Both the position numbers and the translations under genes were made by a program. DNA of 64,000 nt. It comes from a virus. The notes beneath the pieces are model-generated. The model was given only the letters and a program-made list of their open reading frames with translations, was not told where the DNA came from and made no database searches. How positions within the stretch are numbered: position 1 is the first letter of the stretch; each line of letters starts with the position of its first letter. Positions 31,451-42,626 of the stretch are shown here, one piece after another. Location of the stretch: the IMG/VR virus record IMGVR_UViG_3300019757_000003, positions 1-64,000 of that record. One strand, 5' to 3'.

Positions 31451-32280
31451 CAATAGACAAGTATGTAAAAGATAAACCTCTACTAGACACACATCCAAAG
31501 AGTTGGTTAGAGGTAGTAGATAACACTTGGAGTGTGTTAAACTTCAATAATTTAGACCACTTTAAACAGTGCGTATCTTCAATTACACAAATAGAAGACA
31601 ATAGCTGTTATATCAGTTATAAACAAGCTTTAAATGAGCTTGTAAGAGGTGTTGGTACAATACCTGAGCAAGAATATAAACTGATTAAAGATAAGGTGAG
31701 AGAGTCTCTTATAGCTAAGAAACTAATCTCAAAAAATATCTATAAAGGTTATGAGTATTCGGTAGAGGGTGATACAATAGATGTTGCTAGGTATGCTTCA
31801 GGTAATCCAGAATGCTTCATAAAGCCGAAACATAAAGGTAAAGTGCATTTTTATGAGCTTTACATTAACATCTCAGTGTCTAGTGGAATGCAGGATAGTG
31901 TATTAAAAAGTAAAATTGCTAGACTACTAGCTACTATACAATTACTTGAAGAAAAGAAAATCTACATTAAAGTGAATGTGGTAGACACCTCAGGTAATTT
32001 AAATACTGGAGAAGGTAAACCTAACTTGATGCTAATAATCCCCTTGTTCTCACACAGACAACCAAAGTCTATCAAGACTATGTCTTCTGTACTTAATGAA
32101 AGGCTCCTTAGGAAATTCTCATTCGCTATCTCGGAAGACATATATGGAGAGAATCTATCTAATGGGTATGGTACACCAATTAATCTACCTAGTGTGATTA
32201 ACTTAAGTGAGAACCTAGATGAAGTTAGAATAGCTTCAGACATACTAGACCAGTTCATAAAACCATGCAAGAAGAGGTAA
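31447..32280 (+). CDS. vWA-like partner of the MoxR ATPase
   Basis: EGDTIDVARYASGNPECF followed by ELYINISVSS (degenerate MIDAS), GYGTP; directly follows the AAA gene. Confidence 0.6.
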   Translation: MTIDKYVKDKPLLDTHPKSWLEVVDNTWSVLNFNNLDHFKQCVSSITQIEDNSCYISYKQALNELVRGVGTIPEQEYKLIKDKVRESLIAKKLISKNIYKGYEYSVEGDTIDVARYASGNPECFIKPKHKGKVHFYELYINISVSSGMQDSVLKSKIARLLATIQLLEEKKIYIKVNVVDTSGNLNTGEGKPNLMLIIPLFSHRQPKSIKTMSSVLNERLLRKFSFAISEDIYGENLSNGYGTPINLPSVINLSENLDEVRIASDILDQFIKPCKKR

Positions 32281-32495
32281 AGTTCAAGATAGGTGACAAG
32301 GTTAGAATGCCCTCTAAAAGACCTACTAGATGGAACCCTAGTGGTGAAATGGATAAGTATTTAAACACAACACAAACTATCACACAAATAGATAGAGAAT
32401 GGTTCAGCTTTGAAGGGGATGGAGATTGGGGTTTCAGACTAGATCAAGTAACATCAGTACCAAAATTCAATTACTACATAAAGAAAGGAGACTAA
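32265..32495 (+). CDS. small KOW-like protein ending in PKFNYYIK tag
   Basis: FKIGDKVRM; C-terminus SVPKFNYYIKKGD. Confidence 0.7.
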   Translation: MQEEVKFKIGDKVRMPSKRPTRWNPSGEMDKYLNTTQTITQIDREWFSFEGDGDWGFRLDQVTSVPKFNYYIKKGD

Positions 32496-32496
32496 A

Positions 32497-33531
32497 GTGC
32501 AAGGTTACTGGAAAGATAGTAATAAATTTATCAAGGATAAGATACCTTGGTATGTTAAAAATAGCAAGTTAGGACGAACCTTAAACAAAGTAGATGTATG
32601 GAATCAGGAGTACAACCATACTTCATTTGGTTGGGTAGGAGACTTCTATAATAAAGTACCAATAAAGTCAGAGTACATTGAGAAACAAATATTCTTAGTA
32701 ACTGTAGAGGTTATAGGTAAAGAAAATGATTGGAAGAGAGGAGTAGAGTCTGATGTAGTTATAGAACATAAGATATTAGCATATAGAACTACAAAATGGG
32801 AAGGTCATTTATATGACTATGCTTTTTTACCTTATGATGAGTGGGGCTCAAGATGGTATGAGATGAATGCCTTAAATAGTAAACATAATGATTACTACAA
32901 CGACCAAAAACAACAAAGAAAGTTTTGGGCTAGGGATTGGTGGAAGGATGAACACTATTCTTTGAATAACTACTTTAGGTGGAAATGGTATAACAATGGT
33001 GCAGAAGTAACTAAAGTAGAACCATATTTAATAGATGGGCTACCCCAATTTGTAACTATAGAAGAAGAGACTTTCTTAAATAGTTCAACTCCATACGGAG
33101 GAGAGATGTTAGATACTAAATACTACCTAAAAGACATTAGGATAGATTCTAATACAGTTAAAAGGTTAGAGTGGTTGGAAATAGAGAAACACTCTCAAGA
33201 CGTTACTTGGACTGAACAGAGAAGGTGGACACACAAACCTAAGACAAGCCAAGATATTTATTCAGATAAAGAGTTGAGAGAGTTTAAATATTCCATTGTG
33301 TTAGACGTTGAGGATGATTGGATGGATGAATTTAGTGATATAGACCATACAGAGGCAGATAGACAGCAATGGGATTATGATTATGATGAATCTTGGGAAG
33401 ATTACTCAGATACTACACTATTTGATGATGGAGTCTTAGACTTGGAATGGTTAGGGAGTATACCTGAAAAAGGTAAGTACTATAGTTATAAAAATGAGGA
33501 CTACTACGAGAATATGGTAGAGATAAACTAA
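32497..33531 (+). CDS. Trp/Tyr-rich hypothetical protein with acidic C-terminus
   Basis: 344 aa ORF, GTG start after AAGGAG. Confidence 0.65.
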   Translation: MQGYWKDSNKFIKDKIPWYVKNSKLGRTLNKVDVWNQEYNHTSFGWVGDFYNKVPIKSEYIEKQIFLVTVEVIGKENDWKRGVESDVVIEHKILAYRTTKWEGHLYDYAFLPYDEWGSRWYEMNALNSKHNDYYNDQKQQRKFWARDWWKDEHYSLNNYFRWKWYNNGAEVTKVEPYLIDGLPQFVTIEEETFLNSSTPYGGEMLDTKYYLKDIRIDSNTVKRLEWLEIEKHSQDVTWTEQRRWTHKPKTSQDIYSDKELREFKYSIVLDVEDDWMDEFSDIDHTEADRQQWDYDYDESWEDYSDTTLFDDGVLDLEWLGSIPEKGKYYSYKNEDYYENMVEIN

Positions 33532-35258
33532 GTAGGTAACTCTACTTAGATACTAAATAAAAGGAATAAAATGACAGAGATAACATTTGAAGAGATGTTC
33601 AATGTAGAAAGTGACACTAGATGGGCTAATAAGATTATTATGGACTCTTTAGGCAAAACTAAGTATGACCCTAAAGAACTGTACAAAGACACTGGTAATT
33701 ACATGGTAGAGTTGTCAATAAATGGATTTACTATAGAACCAATAGATTTACATGAGTTTATAAAAAGAGAGTACCAAATTTTTATGGAACACTGGAGAAA
33801 GAGGTATGAGAATATAGAAGATGAGATCAATAGAAGAGTAGATGAGAGAGTCCAGATTATCTTAGATAAAGTGGCTGATACAGCAGAAGAACTGAGAGAA
33901 TACAAATAAAAAAGGAAAGAGATGTTTAGAGGCACAGTGAGTCACAATCATCGAGAGATATGGTTAAATGGTGAGAAAACTCCTGTTGTTGAGCTAATAA
34001 ATATCTTTGATGATTGTGATAAAGAGATAAGAGATCACGCATGGATAAATGAGGAGTCCTTAAAAGGATTTATACCTAAGAATAATAGCTATAAAATAGA
34101 TATAACGTTTGAAGCAGACTTAGGGGAATATTGGAGTATTGGTAAAGACTATAGACAAGTAAAGAAACCTAAGTTTACTAATATCAGAGATATTGTATTT
34201 GTTAGAAGCTATAAAAACAAAACTAAAGGAAAGTAATGAAAAAGTTAAGTGATGTAAAGTTTGATATAGACCAAAAAGTGTTTATCTTATGTACGAATAA
34301 GGTTAAGAAAGTAAAGGTGATAGGTATTAAGAGAGAAGACGATAGAATTCTCTATACATTAGAGAATGGGGAACTTAAACTTACAACAAGACAACAAGAA
34401 GATGTGTTTAGTTGTACTGAAGACTTAATTAAATCTATTACAGAAGGATTGTAATGCTAGATTTAGAATTAGTTAAAAAGTATAAGAAAGAGTTTGACTA
34501 TTTGGTTAATGGTGGTTCTGTATGGTTCAGATACAGAATTATAGAAGGTTCTGAGGGTAACGTTGGAATGACTGTATGGTACTTATCTAACGTAGTTGAT
34601 ACTGAATGGGAAGAAAACACCACTGACTATTGGAGCCTACCTTATACAGATTTACAAGTAGTTATCAACGATAAGTATGTTGAGTTTAGAAAAGCTTTAG
34701 CAGAAGGTAAGGTGATACAAGTAGATAAAGCAATGTTTTATGATGAAGATTTTGATGGCTTAGACTCTGATGGTTCTTATTGGATAGACATTGCTACTTC
34801 ACAGCCTACTTTTGGATTACAACCTCATTGCTATCGTATAAAACCAGCAGAACCTAAATTTAGACTAGGAGATTGGATAACAAATATAGAAACTAATGAA
34901 ACATACCAAGCTGTAGAGGAAGACTTAGAGTACGAATGTACTTTATGGGAACCTGTACACGATAAATTCTGTGTGATGTACAACACAGATACAGTCAGTC
35001 AGTTCTATATAGTAGTAAGGTATAACTACTATAATGAGATAGTGAAGAAACATTACTCAGAGTATGGTGTACATTATACTAATGTAGCTCCTATAGAGTT
35101 CTTACAAACAATAAAAGACTAGTTGGTAGCATTAGAGATATGTAAGTCCTTTCAATAAAACCATCGGAGTGATTAAATTTTAGCTTTGTGAAACACCTAG
35201 CGACAACCGTAAAGTTATAGTAGTATTTGGTCTACTATCTTAAATTAAAAGGAATAAA

Positions 35259-36296
35259 ATGATAGAAACAAAGTTTAACATAGGTGGAACTACAGTAGGT
35301 GTAGTTAAGATTGATACAAATAGTTTGGTAAGTGAAGTGCCTAATAAGATTTATACTGTAAAGTATAATGAACAAGTAGACGAGTATTATTTGGGTTTAA
35401 TACAAGACAATTATAAAGAGAATTTACCTAAAAAAATGTATGGTATTCAAGGTAGGCAAAGTAAGATTATTACAACATTCAAAGATAGAAAAAAATCTAC
35501 TGGTGTATTATTATCAGGTGATAGTGGTGTAGGTAAAACTCAACTGATGATTGGGATTGCAGAAGAGCTGAGAGAAGAAGGTATACCAATTATCTTAGTA
35601 GAGTCTAAATTCTATGGAGAAGTATTTAATGACTTCATTAGTTCTCTAGGAGTTTGTGTAGTACTATTTGATGAGTTTGCTAAGATTTATGATAAGCAAC
35701 AAGAGAATTTGTTATCTCTACTAGATGGTACAACCTCAAGTAAGAAGTTATACATCTTTACTGAGAACAACTCTAATAGCATAAACGATTATATTTTAAA
35801 TAGACCTGGAAGAGCTTATTACCACTTCAAATATACTAAACTAGAGCTAGAAGTAGTGAACGAGTACTTAGCTGAAACAGAGATTACAGATACTAACAAA
35901 GAAGAATTACTAGAGTACTACTCTAAAGTAGATAAATTTAGCTTTGATACCCTACAAGCAATTGTAAGCCAGTGTAGTAGATTTCCAGAAGATACTATGA
36001 AAGAAGTGTTAACAGAGCTTAATGTACCTGTTACGATGAGTGATAGAACTAAATATCGAGTTCTTAAGTTACTTAAAGATGGTAAAGATATTACAAAGAA
36101 AGTTACTAGTGTATATGTAGACCGTAGGTCACTAGATTTATACATTAGAAGAGGTAAAAACCCTAATTACAACATTGTCTTTTATGATAAAAAGGAATTA
36201 CCAGATGGTAGAGTAGTCTATAGAACTGAGGATGATGGTAATATTTACGAAGTAACGGCAGTAAAAGAGTTAGTAAATCTTTGGGGTGCTTACTAA
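35259..36296 (+). CDS. AAA+ ATPase
   Basis: GDSGVGKT, VLFDEFAK, LLSLLDG, NRPGR. Confidence 0.85.
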   Translation: MIETKFNIGGTTVGVVKIDTNSLVSEVPNKIYTVKYNEQVDEYYLGLIQDNYKENLPKKMYGIQGRQSKIITTFKDRKKSTGVLLSGDSGVGKTQLMIGIAEELREEGIPIILVESKFYGEVFNDFISSLGVCVVLFDEFAKIYDKQQENLLSLLDGTTSSKKLYIFTENNSNSINDYILNRPGRAYYHFKYTKLELEVVNEYLAETEITDTNKEELLEYYSKVDKFSFDTLQAIVSQCSRFPEDTMKEVLTELNVPVTMSDRTKYRVLKLLKDGKDITKKVTSVYVDRRSLDLYIRRGKNPNYNIVFYDKKELPDGRVVYRTEDDGNIYEVTAVKELVNLWGAY

Positions 36297-36740
36297 GTGA
36301 CAGAAGCATTACTACAACAATCAATAGTCCAACACTTCAAAACTATGTATAGTCCATTAATGATTGAATCATCTTGGAATGGAATTAACCTTAGTCCAAT
36401 GACACAAGTTCAGAAAGCTAAGATTATGTCAGATTTTTATGGTCAAGGTGGTATTAAGGGGTCTTCAGACTTAAAGGTGTACTTACCTGATATGAAAATG
36501 CTACATATAGAATTAAAGAACCCATCAATAGCTGACGGTAAAGGTCAATCACCTAGTCAAGTAAAAGTACAGAAAGACTTAGAAGCTATAGGACATAAGT
36601 ACTACTTAGTAAATAGTTCAGATAAATTCTTCAAAATAATCAATGACAACCTATCAGTAGAGTATAGACAAGAGCTACTAGAGAACTATAGTGGAGAATA
36701 CACTATAGAAATGGTAAAACAACAATATAATTTGGAGTAA
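36297..36740 (+). CDS. VRR-NUC domain nuclease
   Basis: TEALLQQSIV, GIKGSSDL, HIELKN, GQSPSQ. Confidence 0.75.
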   Translation: MTEALLQQSIVQHFKTMYSPLMIESSWNGINLSPMTQVQKAKIMSDFYGQGGIKGSSDLKVYLPDMKMLHIELKNPSIADGKGQSPSQVKVQKDLEAIGHKYYLVNSSDKFFKIINDNLSVEYRQELLENYSGEYTIEMVKQQYNLE

Positions 36741-37648
36741 AGATGCAAGGATTATGGAAGAATAAGATAGGTGGATTAAATCGTAAAGGTATTACCAGAC
36801 GGAAACAAACCTTTAAACACTTATTAAAAGATAAAGGTAACTACCACTTTAAAAGAAAGACACAAGGTGTACTTCACTATGAAGATGAAATTATCTGGAC
36901 TAGTGACATACCAGAATCTAAAACGATAATGGTTGACATTGTGTTATTAGCTATTAACTACATAGACTATACAGTAACAATACCAGCTATGTATTATGAC
37001 GATAAATGGAGGGCTTTAAATGGTGATAGAGCTTATTACCATAGAAAGCAAGAACCTTATAGGTTTACACCATTACATAAAATAGGAACTAAAAGTGTTG
37101 AAGTTAAACCATACAGAGGCAGAGATTACTGTACAGTAGATACCTCTTACAAGGCTTTTATGTATGGTAGACCAGTACACTATAGAACAGGGATTTACTC
37201 TATAGGAGCTAAGAAACCTTGTAAAAAACTAGCTAATAGGACAGACAGAGCTAAGTTAAAGAATTGGTTAAGCAATGGTGATTGGAGTAAAGAAATTAAG
37301 ACTCACTCATTATCAAAGTCTATAGCTTGGTGTAGAGATTAGAGGTGTACTTTAAGTACAAAACAATTAAATAAAAGGAATAAAGATGAAAGCAATAATA
37401 TTGGCAATAGCACTATCTACTCAAGTATTTAGTACACAAATAGAAGTGATGAGTGTACAAACACTCAACTCGTATCTAAGAACTTGCTATAATGAAGTCT
37501 ATTATATGACAGTTATCAGATATGTGAAGTCTGGTATAGTAGATAGAGTTTACTGTCAAAATTTAGGTCCAGTAGGAACTATAATAGAACTTTAAGAGTT
37601 AAGAGGTTTTAGTGAGAACTATTCAACAATAAAATATAAGGAAATAAC

Positions 37649-37801
37649 ATGACAACAAAAGTAATTAGTACGTGTAACAGAGATAGAAATAGTAAATGGG
37701 CTAACGGAACAACTAGAAGAACTACTAAGGGTATGAAGATGGTAGTAGAACACACAGTAGTAGCTGGTGGTAAGATTAAATCAGTAACTAGATATGTATA
37801 A
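37649..37801 (+). CDS. small basic hypothetical protein (50 aa)
   Basis: AAGGA RBS; MTTKVISTCNRDRNSKWANG...SVTRYV; not in the ORF track. Confidence 0.5.
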   Translation: MTTKVISTCNRDRNSKWANGTTRRTTKGMKMVVEHTVVAGGKIKSVTRYV

Positions 37802-37870
37802 GCAACCTTAATTGGTTGTTGAGGTTTTAGCTTATGCTATTCAACAAATTTTAAAATAAAGGAATGAAAT

Positions 37871-38437
37871 ATGAAAATAGGTAACGGATATAAATACACA
37901 GACGAGTTCAGAAAAAAAGTAACTGAAGACTATAAGAGATTGAATAGAGGTAATAAAACCTGTTCTATAAGTAAAGTAGCTAGAGCATTTGGAGTATCTC
38001 CATCAACTTTAAATATTTGGTTAGGGAATAAACAACCATCTGTATCTGTAACGATTAAAAATAATACAATTACCTATAAAGGTAAGATATTTGTATTTGA
38101 ATCTAAAACTCCAGTAGAATTAACTAAAACCCAACTAAGAGAAGAAGGTAAAAAACTAGTTAAAGAGTTTAATAAAGTAAGTTTTACTATGTTGGCTGAT
38201 ATGGATTCAGATAGTGAGTACTTTAAGACAACTAGTAGATTACTAAGAACTAAGATATTTGGAGAATTGCAAACAACTATATTTAAAGTCGATGCAACTC
38301 CAGAGAACATCTGGGACTCTGTATTAGCTACTAGAGAGAAGTTACTAGAGAGAAATACTAAGCTAAGAGAGTTGATTGCTGACATTAACAATAGAAGTAT
38401 CTGTAGTTACAGACAACTACTATTAGAACTTAAGTAA
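37871..38437 (+). CDS. helix-turn-helix DNA-binding protein
   Basis: YTDEFRKKV...SISKVARAFGVSPSTLNIW. Confidence 0.7.
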   Translation: MKIGNGYKYTDEFRKKVTEDYKRLNRGNKTCSISKVARAFGVSPSTLNIWLGNKQPSVSVTIKNNTITYKGKIFVFESKTPVELTKTQLREEGKKLVKEFNKVSFTMLADMDSDSEYFKTTSRLLRTKIFGELQTTIFKVDATPENIWDSVLATREKLLERNTKLRELIADINNRSICSYRQLLLELK

Positions 38438-38483
38438 TGTCTAATAACTATAATACCTCTACAGTATATAGATAACTAGCTTA

Positions 38484-38492
38484 TGCTATAAT
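38484..38492 (+). promoter_or_regulatory. sigma70 extended -10 (TGCTATAAT)
   Basis: Ends 24 nt before the ATG at 38516. Confidence 0.55.
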
Positions 38493-38515
38493 ACAAAACC
38501 AAAACAAGGATTAAT

Positions 38516-38881
38516 ATGACAATAGAAAAGTTACTAGGGACATTGTTCCTATCAAGAGAGGTCAGTCACAGAGAACATCTGAAGACTAAGAGCGATGCTA
38601 ATCACAGAGCTTTAGAAGAGTTTTATGACTCTATACTAGATTGTACAGATGCTATAGCAGAAGCGTACATGGGTAGACATGGAGTATGTTTAGATGTCCC
38701 TATCTTAACAGAAGAGACTAAAGGTAAAGACATTAGTACCTTACTTAGAGGTCACCTGACTAGGGTAGAGAAATATAGATACACAGCCATAGAAAGGACA
38801 GATACCTCAATTCAAGGTATTATGGATGCAACTGTAGCTAAGTACTTAAAAGTGCTATTTAAACTAAATAATCTTAAATAA
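38516..38881 (+). CDS. Dps/ferritin-like protein (DUF5856-type)
   Basis: HREHLKT...HRALEEFYD...DAIAEAYMG ferroxidase-like pattern. Confidence 0.7.
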   Translation: MTIEKLLGTLFLSREVSHREHLKTKSDANHRALEEFYDSILDCTDAIAEAYMGRHGVCLDVPILTEETKGKDISTLLRGHLTRVEKYRYTAIERTDTSIQGIMDATVAKYLKVLFKLNNLK

Positions 38882-39034
38882 GGAGGTTATTATGAACCTA
38901 ATGGCATAACATACAGTCACCCTAACTATAACTGGTAAGTACTAACAATGATTAAAGCATACCATAGACAACACTGAGTCTATAAAATAGTGTATGGAGA
39001 GTTAAGAAGCCAGAAATAATAGAATCTAACACAA

Positions 39035-39111
39035 GGGTCAGTGGTCTGAATAACAAAAGGCGACACTAAGGTATGTAAAGTGTACTGTGAGTAGAAATCT
39101 CATCTGAACCA
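39035..39111 (+). tRNA. degenerate tRNA-like cloverleaf with an 11-nt anticodon loop
   Basis: Acceptor GGGTCAG/CTGAACC (6 of 7 pairs), D-arm GTCT/AGGC, stem ACACT/AGTGT with loop AAGGTATGTAA, T-arm GTGAG-TAGAAAT-CTCAT. Confidence 0.5.
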
Positions 39112-39605
39112 CAAAAAAAAACAAACTAAAGGAAACGACAATGGCAAAAATTAAAGCAGGAACAACAACAGAGAGACAACCAGAGTTATTAGGAACAGTA
39201 GTACAAGGTAGAGTAGTTAGATTCTTTAACACATCTTTTGAAGATGCTATAGGAGATGATGCACAAGATAAACTATTTATGGTACTTGATAAAGTAAACA
39301 ATAAAGGGGATACAATTGGGTTAGTACCTATTTCAGGAAAAGGTTCCATTATTTATAGGACTAAAGACTTCCCAGTATTCTCGCACGAGGTAGAAATCAC
39401 AGTGTTTAAGGGAAACTAACCAAACTAGGTCAAGTAAATGTCCTTCATAGTCCACAAGCTACACAAGGTAGATTAAAATGGAGATAGTAAAACAATGTAC
39501 ACTTGGTAACTAAGAATTAGTTACAAGAAGTCTATAGACAGAGGAACCTTAGAACAGTTCCTTTAGTGTGTAGACACACAAAATAACAAATTAAAAGGAT
39601 AGAAA

Positions 39606-40262
39606 ATGGGTTTAGATCAAAATATAAATAGTATAAACAGAGTTAAACAAGAGAGATTATCAGCAAGAATTAAGAAGTTAGAGAAAGTAATTCACAAAGC
39701 TGTAGATGATGTACACTTAGAGTACGTCACCGATGCAACTGAAAGATTAGAGGTATTTGCAGATAAGTATAAAGACATATTAACAGATACTAGAGATGAG
39801 TCAGCCATAACATACTTAATTGGATTAGTAAGAATATACTCTTATGGTAACAGAGGCAGTGAAGCTATGCAATGGGAGATGTTCAATAACTATTCACAAT
39901 TTGGAGATATATTTGAGACTGTACCTAATCAAGAAGAGATAACAGAAGAGTTTATAGAAATAGCTAAAGACTATATGTTACCAGAAGATATTAGAGCTAA
40001 AATAAAAGAGTTTAATGAAGCTTCAAGAGAGATAAGTGAACTAACAACAGAAGAAGCTTACTGGAGAAAATACCACAACCTTAATAACTTTATGTGTGGA
40101 GAGTTTGGTGCTGATAATGTAGAAGAGACAGAGCTTACTCATGGAGATATGATTAAAGTATATCAATTTATTAAAAGAGACGGTGAAGATGTGTCACAAG
40201 TAGAAGATATACTAGATAACTGGGATGAAACAAAAAAGTATTACTACTACCCTTGGTGGTAG
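39606..40262 (+). CDS. conserved phage hypothetical protein (MGLD...YWRK family)
   Basis: MGLDQ start, EAYWRKYHNLNNFM, YYYPWW end. Confidence 0.6.
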   Translation: MGLDQNINSINRVKQERLSARIKKLEKVIHKAVDDVHLEYVTDATERLEVFADKYKDILTDTRDESAITYLIGLVRIYSYGNRGSEAMQWEMFNNYSQFGDIFETVPNQEEITEEFIEIAKDYMLPEDIRAKIKEFNEASREISELTTEEAYWRKYHNLNNFMCGEFGADNVEETELTHGDMIKVYQFIKRDGEDVSQVEDILDNWDETKKYYYYPWW

Positions 40263-42626
40263 TGGACATAAAATTAAAAGGATGAAAATGGCAAATAAAC
40301 TAGAAATAAGGATAGACACAGCGTTTGGCGAAGACTGTAGAGGTAAATTTATGAAATATAGATCAACTCTTAACGAGGAATTAACAAACCAATGGGTTAC
40401 ACTACTTTACGATAAGATAGACCAATTATACTTAGAGAATATGCCAGATAATGAATTTTACAAATTGTGTACTAGTATAGATACAGAAAAACAAAGAAGG
40501 ATTAAAGATGTGGTTAGCAGTAGATAAAGATGGCTCAGAATATACTTATGACAAAGAACCTGTGAGAGAGCAGACTTGGTTTGAAGGTAGATCTTGTATT
40601 AATGCAGTAGAACTACCTAAAGGTACAATAACCAAACTATTAGGTAGAGAGCTAGACTGGGAAGATGAACCAGTAGAATATAAAGGATAACAATGTATAC
40701 ATTGACACAAAATGGAGAGTATGTAGGAGTACCTACAAGTATGCTTATAGCAATATCTGAGAGTAAAGAACTTCTTAGACAAGAAGCTTATAAAGATTTA
40801 AGGGAAAACTACCCTAAGTACGTAGGTGCTAAGTTTGATGGAGATACACTAGAAATTTACCCAGGTGAGGAGTACACTATAGATAGTATAGAACCATTAG
40901 TGTATAGGGATATTAGTTATGGAGAAAAATAAATTAATTAGCTATATCAAAGAAAATAAGGATGTCCTTGGTGTAGATTTATACTGGGTAAGCTCTTTTG
41001 TTCCTTTGAGGACAAAGGGAGATGAGCACAGAAATAGAGCAATTCAACACATATATGACTTTCTAAAAATAATTGTAGAAGGTACATTTAATGAAAAGTT
41101 AGAAGCTGTAGAAAAATACAATAATCTTAGGGTAGCTGAAGAATGGTGTATAGCACATAATAGAATCTATATAACTTTGCTCATTTCTGAACTGAAAAAA
41201 GGCAACTATGGTACTGAACAATATCCTGATAGCTTCAAAAAACATATTAAATATTTAAAAAGATGTGGTAGTGAATTTGAACCTAGCTTAAAACAAATTG
41301 TCAAGGTACGAAAAATGAAAACTATTAAAGAACGTATTTCTAGGTACAATAGGATATACAGGAGTAGTTAAGGCTACCTAACTTAAAATTAAAGGAAAAG
41401 ATATGAGTACATATAAAGATATGGCTGACTACATAAAAGATAGTTTAGACTTAGGACATTGTAGAGAAGATTGTTTAGACATCAAGAGACTAGAAATGGA
41501 AGACCTATACTCAAGAGTAGTTTACACAGATAAGAAAGAGATTATTAGTAAATTACTACAAGGAGAGAAGTTCTTTCATAAGATTAAGTATGGACATACA
41601 TCAGGTTGGTCTACTGCAGAAGTAGGATTTAGTGATGGTGAGTTTATATTAAGTACAAACGGAATTCAATTCAACAAATTTGATATTAATAATCTCGCAG
41701 AGGTATTTACATCAGATTTTTATAGTTTACTTGAAAAAGAAGAGTATAACAAGGTTAAATGGGACTTAAAGCTATGAGAATAATAGAGAAACACTAATAC
41801 TCAGGCGAAGAAGTAGAAGTATTAGAGTTAGATAAATTAATAGAAATTAAAGGATTGTAGATGACACTAGAAGAGTTTGCAAAAGAGAACAACATATCTT
41901 GTGATACTTGTAGTAAATGGGGTATTTGTGGTATAGACGAAGATAGAGACCTTAAAGGTGCATGGAATGGTTGTCCAAGACCAAGAGGTAGGATGTACTT
42001 CATTGAGGGATTCTTTTGTGGAGAACATGAGTTTAAATTAAAGGATTACAATGACTAAAGAAATGAAAGAGGACTTAGAAGAGATCTACAGAGATGCTAT
42101 GGATTATGGACCACCATACTTTACAGTAGAAGAGTGGAATGAAAAACATGGAGAAGCTCAGTGGAATGTTGGAGAATTTGAAGGGTTCTACATAGCAGAT
42201 GGACTTATACAGGTTAGATAGCTTTAAAGAGAATTTAGTTGTAGCTTCTACAGGAGGTACTACATGAACCTAGGTGCTTATGATAGGATATATAGGAAAA
42301 TTAGTAATAAGAGAAAAGCTCAGTAGAGCAAAAAAAAAAGGAATTAAAATGGGTAACTGTGTAGATGATTTTTGGAATAGTATAGCTGTCCAACAAACTA
42401 GAGCTGGTACAGGTGTGTCAGTAAAAACAAAAGAATACAAAGAGTATGAAAACGGAGAAAGATCTTTGAATAGTTTAGAAGATCCTTTTATAGACAAGTG
42501 GGGACATAAAGTTGCTGGATACAGTCGCGAAGAGTATGTAAAGAGAAACAATGATTAACTGAACAATCTTAATTCAGATAAAGAGTTCTTCATAAAAGAT
42601 ATACTAAAAGAAGAGGATAAAGAACT

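Noticed and set aside
33922-35122. PKF tripeptides in 33922 (KPKFTNIR) and 34454 (EPKFRLGDW), and KPKFNRT in the Pol N-terminal extension
   Set aside because: They lack YYI and are not at the C-terminus, so they were not counted as the tag
32497-37342. Shared N-terminus MQG[Y/L]WK in 32497 and 36743
   Set aside because: Similarity limited to about 6 residues; paralogy cannot be established by eye
37871-38437. Transposase-like HTH suggesting an IS element
   Set aside because: No DDE catalytic ORF, terminal inverted repeats or target duplication seen
38892-38909. AGGAGG followed by the micro-ORF MNLMA
   Set aside because: Too short to support without ribosome profiling
38922-38931. TAACTATAAC, resembling the 23S rRNA I-CeuI site
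   Set aside because: Only 10 AT-rich nucleotides match; expected by chance
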